From the NCBI GenBank assembly GCA_001192655.1, contig BBVC01000019.1, positions 21,003-53,002 on the forward strand: a stretch of 32,000 nucleotides of DNA, read 5' to 3'. The stretch comes from Caedimonas varicaedens. GTDB taxonomy: Bacteria; Pseudomonadota; Alphaproteobacteria; Caedimonadales; Caedimonadaceae. The first letter of the stretch is position 1, and each line of letters opens with the position of its first letter. The notes below the pieces were generated by a model that saw only the letters and a list, made by a program, of their open reading frames with translations, had not been told where the DNA came from and did not search any database. A program made the position numbers and the translations under genes. Below are positions 17,639-25,615 of this stretch, one piece after another.

Positions 17639-19048
17639 CTATGATCTTCTTTTCTTTTTAAAAGGTTTGCCTGAGCCATTGTTACCGTTTGGCGATTTTA
17701 ATCCACTTTCCTTAAAAGCTTTAGAAAAAAATGGCTTTTTAGTGGTTTTTTGAGAAGTCTTTTTTGTTCTGTAGTCAGCCGATGTGTCTTCTACTTTTTG
17801 TTCTCTGTTTTCGAAACTTGTGGAACTATTATGATTTCTATCAGAAGAAGGTTTTTGTAAAAATGTTCTTTTGAGCTGTATCCCGTCAGGTGATTTTTTC
17901 AGTTTATCAGATTCACTGGCAACTATTGAACTTTCTTCGCCGGGAATTTTCTTTTTAACCAGTCTTTCTATATCGCGAAGAAACGGTCTTTCTGATTTAT
18001 TACAAAAGGAGATAGCAACGCCTTCATTACCTGCACGTGCAGTTCTACCAATCCTGTGAATATAATTTTCAGGGACATTAGGTAAATCATAATTAATAAC
18101 ATGTGAAATTCCATCAACATCAATGCCTCGAGAAGCAATATCAGTCGCGACTAATACGCGCACATGACCAGCCCGAAACCACTCTAAAGCCTTTTGTCTT
18201 GCGGTCTGTGATTTGTTACCGTGAATTGCTTCACATCTAATTTTAAGAGATTTCAATTTTTCGTAAATTCTATTGGCTCCATGTTTTGTACGACTGAAAA
18301 CCAATGCTCTCGTGATGGTTGGATCTCTGAGAAGTTCTCCTAACAAAGCATTCTTATTCACCTGCTCAATAAAGATAACTCTCTGGTCAATTTTGTCCGC
18401 AGTAGAAGCAACGGGTGTAACTTCCACAGTAACAGGATTGGTTAGAATACTCGCGGCAAGGTTTGAAATATCCGTCGGCATCGTCGCAGAAAAAAGCAAT
18501 GTTTGGCGCTTGTGAGGAAGCAACTGAACGATCTTTTTAAGAGAAGGCAAGAAACCCATATCAAACATCTGGTCAGCTTCATCTAATACAAAGAATTCCA
18601 AAGAATTTAGATTTATATATCCTTTATTCACAAAATCAAGCAATCTTCCGGGGGTCGCCACCAATACATCAACTCCTCTTGAAAGTGACTGAATTTGTCT
18701 ATCATGCCCCACGCCACCAAAGATAGCTGAATAGCTTAACTTTAAGTTCCTGCCATAAGAGTGAAAACTATCGCTAATTTGCGCTGCTAATTCTCTTGTT
18801 GGCGCTAAAACGAGTGCACGAATCTTTCTAGGTGACTTAGGTTTTTTATGATGATCGAGATACTGTAAAATAGGTAACGCAAACGCGGCAGTCTTACCTG
18901 TACCTGTTTGGGCATATCCCAGCAAGTCACTCCCAGCAAGCAGATGTGGAATCGCCTGAAGCTGAATAGGTGTTGGCGTCGTATACCCTTCAGTTTTGAG
19001 AGCATTTAGAATTGGTGTAATCAAATTAAGCTCTTCAAATGAAAGCAT
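17639..19048 (-). CDS. rhlE: ATP-dependent DEAD-box RNA helicase (RhlE-like) with a basic C-terminal tail
   Basis: Q-motif GYTTPTPIQ, AQTGTGKTAAF, PTRELA, DEAD, SAT, HRIGRTARAG. The Lys/Ser-rich tail ends in KPFKKKRRS. Confidence 0.92.
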   Translation of the reverse strand: MLSFEELNLITPILNALKTEGYTTPTPIQLQAIPHLLAGSDLLGYAQTGTGKTAAFALPILQYLDHHKKPKSPRKIRALVLAPTRELAAQISDSFHSYGRNLKLSYSAIFGGVGHDRQIQSLSRGVDVLVATPGRLLDFVNKGYINLNSLEFFVLDEADQMFDMGFLPSLKKIVQLLPHKRQTLLFSATMPTDISNLAASILTNPVTVEVTPVASTADKIDQRVIFIEQVNKNALLGELLRDPTITRALVFSRTKHGANRIYEKLKSLKIRCEAIHGNKSQTARQKALEWFRAGHVRVLVATDIASRGIDVDGISHVINYDLPNVPENYIHRIGRTARAGNEGVAISFCNKSERPFLRDIERLVKKKIPGEESSIVASESDKLKKSPDGIQLKRTFLQKPSSDRNHNSSTSFENREQKVEDTSADYRTKKTSQKTTKKPFFSKAFKESGLKSPNGNNGSGKPFKKKRRS

Positions 19049-19130
19049 TTATATTTTTCCTTTAATGTAAAAATAATATTTTGGGTTAACTGGATGACAT
19101 ACCCTAGAGAATTCAGGAAGAACCAGAAAA

Positions 19131-19176
19131 GTTGAGATAAAAGAAATCCCCAAAAAGTTTAAGGCTTTTTGGGGAT
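19131..19176 (-). terminator. Rho-independent terminator after the RRM protein gene
   Basis: Perfect 12-bp stem ATCCCCAAAAAG/CTTTTTGGGGAT (19146-19176) with a 7-nt loop, followed on the minus strand by TTCTTTTATC. Confidence 0.75.
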
Positions 19177-19200
19177 AACTTAAGCAATCAGCTATGAAAA

Positions 19201-19560
19201 TTAATTGCGATAAGGACGACGCTCACCACCTCTTGGTGCTCCGCCACCGTCACGAGAGCGGAAGCCGCCCCCATCCTGACGAGGACCGCCTGGACGACGT
19301 CCACCACCAGCGTTTCCTCCGCCAGCTTCATTTACTTTTAGCTCACGACCTGCATATTCTTTTCCATCCAGATCCTGAATAGCTTTTGCAGCTCCTTCGT
19401 CAGATTCCATCTTAACGAATCCAAAACCCCGCGAGCGACCCGTGTGGACATCTGTAATAATTTTAACGGATTCAACTTTTCCCGCGCTACCAAAATACTC
19501 GGTAAGAGATTCTTCCGTTGCTGAGTAAGGCAAATTGCCTACAAAGAGTTCACGACTCAT
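19201..19560 (-). CDS. RRM-type (RNP-1/RNP-2) RNA-binding protein with a C-terminal Gly/Arg-rich (RGG-like) tail
   Basis: RNP-2 LFVGNL and RNP-1 RGFGFVKM. The tail reads GGGNAGGGRRPGGPRQDGGGFRSRDGGGAPRGGERRP. ATG 19560 (MSRELFVGNL) is preferred over the longer ORF. Confidence 0.88.
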   Translation of the reverse strand: MSRELFVGNLPYSATEESLTEYFGSAGKVESVKIITDVHTGRSRGFGFVKMESDEGAAKAIQDLDGKEYAGRELKVNEAGGGNAGGGRRPGGPRQDGGGFRSRDGGGAPRGGERRPYRN

Positions 19561-20152
19561 ATGTTTCTTTCCTTCAAATGAGATTCCAAAAAACCACAAT
19601 CACGTGAACTGCCAAGCGGGGTGAAAACTCTGCCTAGAGAATGTCGAAGGGATACTGGAACCTTTATGTTTAACAATACTATCTTAAAAAACTATTCATT
19701 AAGATAATACTTAGCCTATGCTAAATATTCAGAGATGTCAAGGAATATAGGGTCGTAATCTGGGCTGTTCAGTAAATTCTTGTAAAGACTGTTCAAAATT
19801 TTGATGATTATTATTTAAAATTTCAGAAATTATAAGCCTTCCAAGAGGATCAATCAAGAATCAGAAAAAATCCCGATAAAATGGCTCGATTGAGAGTATG
19901 AGCGCTCAATATCTTGAGAGTTAAGTAAGGCTCAAAACATCTCACAGGCCTTGTATGAAAATGCCCTTAATAAGGTGAAATTCTGCCATAACTTCATGAA
20001 TTTTAAGAAGATTCAGGGGTTCCCTCACTTTCTCTCAAAGATGGGCATTCTAAACATTGAGATAAAATTTTTGTCTAGAACAATATTACCAATTTTTATA
20101 TATGGAATTTTATTTAAAAATAACAATAAAAAGTGATGACATTATTAATTTA

Positions 20153-20180
20153 TTGACAAATATTATTTGACACTTATATT
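20153..20180 (+). promoter_or_regulatory. Candidate sigma70-type promoter for the 822-aa gene
   Basis: TTGACA (20153-20158), a 16-nt spacer, then TATATT (20175-20180), about 55 nt upstream of ATG 20234. Confidence 0.5.
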
Positions 20181-20233
20181 CCTATTAGTCATTTCTAAGA
20201 ATGAAATTTTTTGACTAAAGTGAGAGTGATCGT

Positions 20234-22702
20234 ATGTTTATGAGTTTTGCAAAGAAAAAATTTACCTTAACAATTTTATTTATCCTCAGCTATTTTAATA
20301 GTACTCAGCTTTCTTTTGCTGATTCTAAGAACGAAAGCCTTGGAGTCAAAGAAAATTTATTGGGAGTAAAAAATATAGATAAAGAAGGTTCAGGGGAAGA
20401 ACGCCTCTTAGAAGCGCAGCATAGGAATAAACAACTTTCTATAGCAAATAAAGACCTTACAGATCGAAATGAAATCCTTAGGAAAGAAAGAGATTTTTAT
20501 CTTAAGGAAGCGACTGTTTATAAGGAAATAGTGGAAAAGCTGGAAACCCAAAAGATACAAACCGTGGAAAATCGGGCTTATGCCAATGAATCTAGCGGAA
20601 CTCAATCTATTGGTGGAGGTGAAAGTGTTGTTTCTACTAGATCTTATGAGTCCGTCTCAAAATCTCAGAATATAGAGCAAATAGGGAAAGAAGAAGAGGG
20701 AATAATTGATTATACTGAAAATAAAGATACAGATAAAAAGATAGAAAATGAAGATAATTACATTAGAAATCTAGAAAATCAATTACAATTAGTAAATACA
20801 ATGATCCAAAATTTACAAAAGAAAACATCTTCGGCGAATTTCTCGCCTCTGGATTCTTTGTCAATCATTATAAAGGAACAAAAAGAATTTCAAGAAGAAC
20901 ATAAATTACTTCAAGAGAAATGTACTGCAATGGCAGGAGTTTATGTAGATAATTTAAGACTACAAGAGGAAAATAAACGATTAAGAGAAGGTATAGACCC
21001 TGACCTTGAAGGAAAAATTTCTGCTCTGCAGGCACACCTTGACAGATTAAGCGGCGGTGCCACTCCGGAAGAAAATGAACAAAGAGCTAGAGAAATTTCT
21101 GCTCTGCAGGCACAGCTTGACAGATTAAGAGGCGGTGCCAATCCGGAAGAACATGAACAAAGAGTTAGACAAATTGCTACTCTGCAGGCACAGCTTGACA
21201 GATTAAGAGGCGGTGCCACTCTGGAAGAACATGAACAAAGAGGTAGAGAAATTTCTGCTCTGCAAGCGGAAGTCGCAAGACTAAGTCAAAGGGCAGACCC
21301 TGCGGAGTATGCAGCAAGAGTCAGAGAAATACAAGAGCGAGATGTAGATATTTCCACTTTGCAAGCGGAAGTTGCAAGACTACGTAATGGTGAAGAGTTA
21401 GCAGAGTATGGGCGAAAAATTAAGTCTCTCGAAATGGAAATTATTAGATTATTGGGGATGGCAGTAGAATCTCCTTCGGGTCAAACCCCTGTTTGGTTAC
21501 CGCTCGATTCTGATAATTTTTTTCACGCTGACCGTTTAATGTCTCAACCGACAGTTTCAGAGCAACCCCTTAAAGATAGTATGCAGCTGCTCAAAGATGA
21601 ATACGATAGAATAAAGGGGAACCTCATGGGGCTATCTAAATTGAATATGAAGGCTTTAGATGAACTAGATGTCAATGATGTTACAACTTTTGATGTGGTA
21701 GTACAAGCTGCCGCCCGTATTAAAGGCGTAAGGCTTCCTTTGGCTCAAGAATGTAAAAGGCTTTTTGAAAATACACTTGGAGTTTACAATGACTTTTGTG
21801 AGCAAAAAAAGCAAGAAATTCCAGGCTTAACTCGGTATATCAATCTTCAGAATATTTATAGTCGGATATTTTCTAAAGTTTCTCTAGATAAATTTGGAGA
21901 ATTAATGGAGCATTTCGATAATGCTACGGAGAGTTTTATCAACCTTGTGAAAGGAAAAGCAAGTTCACTAACCGGTGTAGAGGCTGGAGCTTATTTTAAG
22001 CTTATAAATTGGTTAGAATTAGAATATAAGTGTTTTACCTTATCTAATTTTATCAAGAGATATACTACTGCTCCTGTGCAGGCCGATAAAGACTATAATA
22101 ATTCACCTTTTGTTTTATTATGGAAGCAAACAGGTATGGGAAGAGATTTCAATTCTCTCAAATTGGCAACCACTACTCATCATAAGACTGGCGTTGTTAC
22201 GGCTGGCTTAGAAGAGCAAGACCCTTTCAAAATTTTCCGTCAAAAAGTTAAGGATAAACCTGTTAAATATTCGGATATTAGTGAGAACTTAATAGAGCTA
22301 TGCGAAAATATGTACATGATGAAATATTTGAATGCACGTTGGAAACATTTACAAACGACGCGTTTTGATCAAGATTTGGTAGGGGCTATCCGAGGATGTA
22401 ATTTGCGAAACAAAGATTCGAAACCTCTTTTAGAAGAAGGTGTCAAAGCCACGCTTTGTTCTATGTTGCAGGAGGATTTCCTTCAAAAACCTGCTATCGT
22501 TCATGCTACTACAGCTAAAGAGTTGGATGATAAATTAAGATCTTCTCTCTTGTATGAAAATGCTGAAGAGTGGCAAAAAAGTAGCAGGCCTACTCTGCGT
22601 GAAGATTTGATAGAAATCTATACAACCTATAGAGGTTTGACGAAAGGTGCTTTTGCTCTACATGCCAAAAACCCGAAAATCAAAGAATTCCACGAGGAAT
22701 AA
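20234..22702 (+). CDS. Hypothetical secreted coiled-coil protein with 26-aa tandem repeats and a C-terminal region of unknown fold
   Basis: 822-aa ORF. The N-terminus MFMSFAKKKFTLTILFILSYFNSTQLSFA-DS is Sec-signal-like. A Lys/Glu-rich heptad-like region follows, then ISALQAxLDRLxGGAxPEExEQRxRE repeats. I recognise no motif in the last ~390 aa (residues ~430-822). Confidence 0.8.
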   Translation: MFMSFAKKKFTLTILFILSYFNSTQLSFADSKNESLGVKENLLGVKNIDKEGSGEERLLEAQHRNKQLSIANKDLTDRNEILRKERDFYLKEATVYKEIVEKLETQKIQTVENRAYANESSGTQSIGGGESVVSTRSYESVSKSQNIEQIGKEEEGIIDYTENKDTDKKIENEDNYIRNLENQLQLVNTMIQNLQKKTSSANFSPLDSLSIIIKEQKEFQEEHKLLQEKCTAMAGVYVDNLRLQEENKRLREGIDPDLEGKISALQAHLDRLSGGATPEENEQRAREISALQAQLDRLRGGANPEEHEQRVRQIATLQAQLDRLRGGATLEEHEQRGREISALQAEVARLSQRADPAEYAARVREIQERDVDISTLQAEVARLRNGEELAEYGRKIKSLEMEIIRLLGMAVESPSGQTPVWLPLDSDNFFHADRLMSQPTVSEQPLKDSMQLLKDEYDRIKGNLMGLSKLNMKALDELDVNDVTTFDVVVQAAARIKGVRLPLAQECKRLFENTLGVYNDFCEQKKQEIPGLTRYINLQNIYSRIFSKVSLDKFGELMEHFDNATESFINLVKGKASSLTGVEAGAYFKLINWLELEYKCFTLSNFIKRYTTAPVQADKDYNNSPFVLLWKQTGMGRDFNSLKLATTTHHKTGVVTAGLEEQDPFKIFRQKVKDKPVKYSDISENLIELCENMYMMKYLNARWKHLQTTRFDQDLVGAIRGCNLRNKDSKPLLEEGVKATLCSMLQEDFLQKPAIVHATTAKELDDKLRSSLLYENAEEWQKSSRPTLREDLIEIYTTYRGLTKGAFALHAKNPKIKEFHEE
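21017..21427 (+). repeat. In-frame 78-bp (26-codon) tandem repeat array: three near-identical units plus two degenerate units
   Basis: Units at 21017-21094, 21095-21172 and 21173-21250 differ at only a few nucleotides. Diverged units lie at 21251-21328 and 21350-21427, separated by a 21-nt insert. Confidence 0.9.
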
Positions 22703-22803
22703 GGCAATTAGATTATGAGTGAATTGTGTGACTCAACTATAGCCTGGATTGCATCAGTTTTGATATACTCTTCGCCTTTCAAAACCCGGGGTCGTTGGAC
22801 TTC

Positions 22804-22825
22804 GGGATTTCCCTTCGGGAATCCC
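22804..22825. repeat. Palindromic hairpin GGGATTTCC-cttc-GGGAATCCC inside a GC-richer intergenic block
   Basis: A 9-bp stem (one G-U pair) with a 4-nt loop, lying between convergent genes. It contains CGGGAATCC, also present at 17565-17589. No flanking T-run on either strand. Confidence 0.4.
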
Positions 22826-22907
22826 ACCCTGTTGACATACTTTACTTACGCTGCGCGAGACTCAACGCTCATCCGCCTACCCAGATTTTGAAATCTTTTG
22901 GGTATCC

Positions 22908-24515
22908 TTATTTTTTCTTTTTAGAATTTTTGAGTTCTTTGGACGAATTTTTAGGTGTCAGTCCCAAAATTTCCCGACGATAATCTTCAAGGTCGCCGTC
23001 ATAGGGTTTAACAGTGTGATTCGCGACGAGCCATAAGCGATCCACAGTATGACGCAAGAGGTGCCAATCGTGTGTAATAAGAATCACCGCTCCCTTGAAT
23101 TCATTAATCGCCATCATCAGGGATTCACGCATCTCAACGTCCAGGTGGTTGGTTGGCTCGTCAAAAATCAGAATATTCGGTTTTTGGGAAGTGATAAGGC
23201 ATAAAACCAGGCGTGCTTTTTCTCCTCCTGAAAGTTTTTCAACAGCAATTTCAGATTTTTCCTTGTTAAAGCCAAAGCGTCCGAGGTGAGATCGAAGCTG
23301 TAATTCAGGTGTTTTAGGCATCCGATCAGAAAGGTGATCGAACCCTGTCCATCCTGCGTTTAAGTCTTCCATCTGATGTTGATGAAAATACCCAACCCGC
23401 ACTTTGGGAGAGCTATGAAAATAGCCATCCATTGGCTCAAGACGACCTGCAAGCAATTTGGCGAAGGTGGACTTTCCATTTCCATTTTTCCCCAGCAAAG
23501 CAATGCGGTCTTCCGGCGTAATACTGCCATTCAGGCCCCTCAAAATAATGTTTCCCTCATAACCTGTTGAGACTTTCTCAAAACTTATAAGAGGGGGCGC
23601 AAGCTTCTCTGGTTCAGGAAAGTCGATGGTTAATGTGGGGTCATTCAACATTAGGGAAATAGGCTCGAGTTTTTCAATGGCTTTAAGGCGGCTTTGCGCT
23701 TGTCGAGCTTTTGAGGCTTTAGAGCGGAATCGCTCAACAAATTTCATCATATGTTGGCGTTGCGCTTCAATCTTCTCATTATAGGCTGTCGCGTGCATCA
23801 TTTGTTGCTTGCGGGTCACCTCATAAAAGTCATAATTTCCATTATATTGGATGATCTTACCCTGGTGCAGGTGGTAAATACGCGTTGCGACAGCATTCAA
23901 TAATTGACGGTCATGACTGATAATCAACAGAGTATGTGGATAAGATTTTAAAAAGCTTTCAAGCCAAACAGATGCTTCCAGATCCAGGTGGTTGGTCGGC
24001 TCATCCAAAAGAAGAAGATCAGGTTCCTGAAAAAGGGCGGCAGCCAAAGCCACGCGCATGCGCCATCCCCCTGAAAAGCTTGAAAGAGGCTGGCTTTGTT
24101 GCTCATCATTAAATCCCAACCCCACGAGGATCTGTGCGGCACGGGCTTCGGCCGTATAGGCATCAATTTCTGTCAGGCGCGCATAAATTTCTCCGATCCG
24201 ATCAGGATCCTCACATGTTTCTGCTTCTTTTAAAAGAGCATCCATTTCCTGGTGTGAAGAAAGAACAAATTCCAAAGGTGTTCGCTCTCCTCCCGGCGTT
24301 TCCTGAGCAACTGTTGCAACTTTCATTTGACCTGTCAGGGTTAGATCCCCGGCATCTGTATGGACTGATCCAAGTATCATTTTAAAAAGCGTGGATTTTC
24401 CACAACCATTTCTTCCTACGAGTCCAGCATGGTGTCCTTTTGGCAAATGAAGATCTGCAGCCTCTAAAAGAGTCCGTCCACCAATTCGATAAGTAACCTG
24501 TTTTAATTTTAGCAT
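22908..24515 (-). CDS. ABC-F family ATPase (two ABC domains, no TM domain; translation-factor type)
   Basis: Two Walker A sites (GRNGCGKST, GKNGNGKST), two signatures (FSGGWRMR, LSGGEKAR), two Walker B sites (LLLLDEPTNHLD, ILIFDEPTNHLD), an inter-domain linker and a Lys-rich C-terminus. ATG 24515 is preferred over TTG 24530. Confidence 0.9.
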   Translation of the reverse strand: MLKLKQVTYRIGGRTLLEAADLHLPKGHHAGLVGRNGCGKSTLFKMILGSVHTDAGDLTLTGQMKVATVAQETPGGERTPLEFVLSSHQEMDALLKEAETCEDPDRIGEIYARLTEIDAYTAEARAAQILVGLGFNDEQQSQPLSSFSGGWRMRVALAAALFQEPDLLLLDEPTNHLDLEASVWLESFLKSYPHTLLIISHDRQLLNAVATRIYHLHQGKIIQYNGNYDFYEVTRKQQMMHATAYNEKIEAQRQHMMKFVERFRSKASKARQAQSRLKAIEKLEPISLMLNDPTLTIDFPEPEKLAPPLISFEKVSTGYEGNIILRGLNGSITPEDRIALLGKNGNGKSTFAKLLAGRLEPMDGYFHSSPKVRVGYFHQHQMEDLNAGWTGFDHLSDRMPKTPELQLRSHLGRFGFNKEKSEIAVEKLSGGEKARLVLCLITSQKPNILIFDEPTNHLDVEMRESLMMAINEFKGAVILITHDWHLLRHTVDRLWLVANHTVKPYDGDLEDYRREILGLTPKNSSKELKNSKKKK

Positions 24516-24568
24516 ACTTGTTGATAGCAAAAGTTTGTGAAGAAGACAAATTAAAGAGCATTCAGCCT

Positions 24569-25318
24569 TTAGTTTTTATAGCTCGGGTCTTTTTTATCCA
24601 GCATTCTGACGAGGGCTTTCCAGTCTCTTTGTCCTAAATTTGGCTCAAAATCACACATATCGCTGGCAGCTTGTTCACAGACAGGGGCAGAGGGCATCAT
24701 TAGTTGCTGACCGGATTGCAGCGCGGCACATTGAACTTTGCAAGCCTGTTCTAAATAATAAGCATAAAAAAAAGCTTCCTGAATGCTGGCGCCACATGTC
24801 AAAGTTCCATGATTATTTAAAATCATCGCTTTGTGATTTCCCAGGTCTTCCTGAAGGTTATTGCCATGTTGGTCATGGTCCAGGGCAAGGGAGTTATAGT
24901 TGTGGTAGGACAGTCTATTGTAAAAATGAAAGGAAAACTGACTGATAGGCATCAATCCACACTTCATGGTTGAGACAGCAACACCTGCTGTTGTATGGAG
25001 ATGAAAGATTGCATGAATATCTTTTCTCTTTTTATAAATTGCACTGTGTATAACATAACCTGTTTGATTATATTGTTCTTCTTGCCCTTCTACGATATTG
25101 CCATTACAATCTACTTTCATCAGGGAAGAGGCAGTCACTTCTTCAAATAAGGAACCAAAGGGATAAATAAAAAAGACATTGCTTCCGGGCGCTCTTGCTG
25201 AAAGGTGAGTATACGTCAGATCATCCATTTTGAAATGTGCCAAGAGTCTATACGCTGCGGCAAGGTCACGTTTGATGCTATATTCAGATTCTATAGATTT
25301 TTCATGGGCATAGCGCAT
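24569..25318 (-). CDS. Class II aldolase/adducin N-terminal domain family protein
   Basis: RDLAAAYRLLAHFKMDDLTYTHLSAR.., His-rich metal site HAIFHLHTTAGVA, and NHGTLTCGASIQEAF. ATG 25318 (MRYAHEK) is preferred; the upstream Cys-rich extension looks non-coding. Confidence 0.75.
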   Translation of the reverse strand: MRYAHEKSIESEYSIKRDLAAAYRLLAHFKMDDLTYTHLSARAPGSNVFFIYPFGSLFEEVTASSLMKVDCNGNIVEGQEEQYNQTGYVIHSAIYKKRKDIHAIFHLHTTAGVAVSTMKCGLMPISQFSFHFYNRLSYHNYNSLALDHDQHGNNLQEDLGNHKAMILNNHGTLTCGASIQEAFFYAYYLEQACKVQCAALQSGQQLMMPSAPVCEQAASDMCDFEPNLGQRDWKALVRMLDKKDPSYKN

Positions 25319-25351
25319 GCATTTTCCATTATTCAACTTATTTGTAGGCAA

Positions 25352-25368
25352 GCAATAACATTTATTGC
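25352..25368. promoter_or_regulatory. Perfect palindrome GCAATAA-cat-TTATTGC, candidate operator upstream of the aldolase gene
   Basis: 7-bp arms, 34-50 bp upstream of the aldolase ATG, within the divergent aldolase/LysR intergenic region. Confidence 0.35.
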
Positions 25369-25470
25369 AGTGTATTACAAGAATGCATAAACATTGGGAA
25401 AAAGAGAGATCACACAAAACTTCTGAATTTTTTTAATGCGCTAGAAGTCCTTGCGTCGTAGTCTTCAGAA

Positions 25471-25489
25471 GAAGCATTTACAATGCTTC
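25471..25489. promoter_or_regulatory. Perfect palindrome GAAGCAT-ttaca-ATGCTTC, candidate operator
   Basis: 7-bp arms in the middle of the divergent intergenic region. No T-run, so it is not a terminator. Confidence 0.3.
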
Positions 25490-25615
25490 AGAGGCTCATT
25501 TCTAGTAATATAGATAATAGATATGTTACAATTTTATTTTTTGTGAAAATTTTGAAGAGATTAAATCAAAAGTAAGAGATTTAATAATGATAATCAATTT
25601 TTAAGGGCTAAACGT

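Noticed and set aside
19194-19382. 62-aa plus-strand ORF (His/Asp/Leu-rich)
   Set aside because: It is antisense to the GC-rich RGG tail of the RRM gene, so it is a composition artefact.
19951-20136. 61-aa ORF in the AT-rich intergenic region upstream of the 822-aa gene
   Set aside because: It starts at a TTG rather than an ATG, I see no RBS upstream, and its composition (Asn/Lys/Phe/Ile) simply mirrors AT-rich DNA with no motif. It is most likely non-coding.
20941-21219. 92-aa minus-strand ORF (APPLNLSSCACR.. repeated)
   Set aside because: It is the antisense reading of the tandem repeats inside the 822-aa gene, a low-complexity artefact of repeat periodicity.
21017-21427. Regularly spaced 78-bp repeats that could superficially suggest a CRISPR array
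   Set aside because: The units are directly adjacent with no unique spacers. They are in frame within a long ORF, encode a coherent 26-aa peptide repeat, and are far longer than CRISPR repeats.
22703-22907. Possible tRNA or tmRNA in the GC-rich spacer (TTCGGGAATCCCACC resembles a T-arm and acceptor end). The same was considered for 17185-17638.
   Set aside because: I could not build a 5-bp T-stem with a 7-nt loop or a matching 7-bp acceptor stem. There is no CCA-proximal acceptor complement and no tag-peptide reading frame ending in Ala-Ala. The region is kept only as an unexplained structured block.
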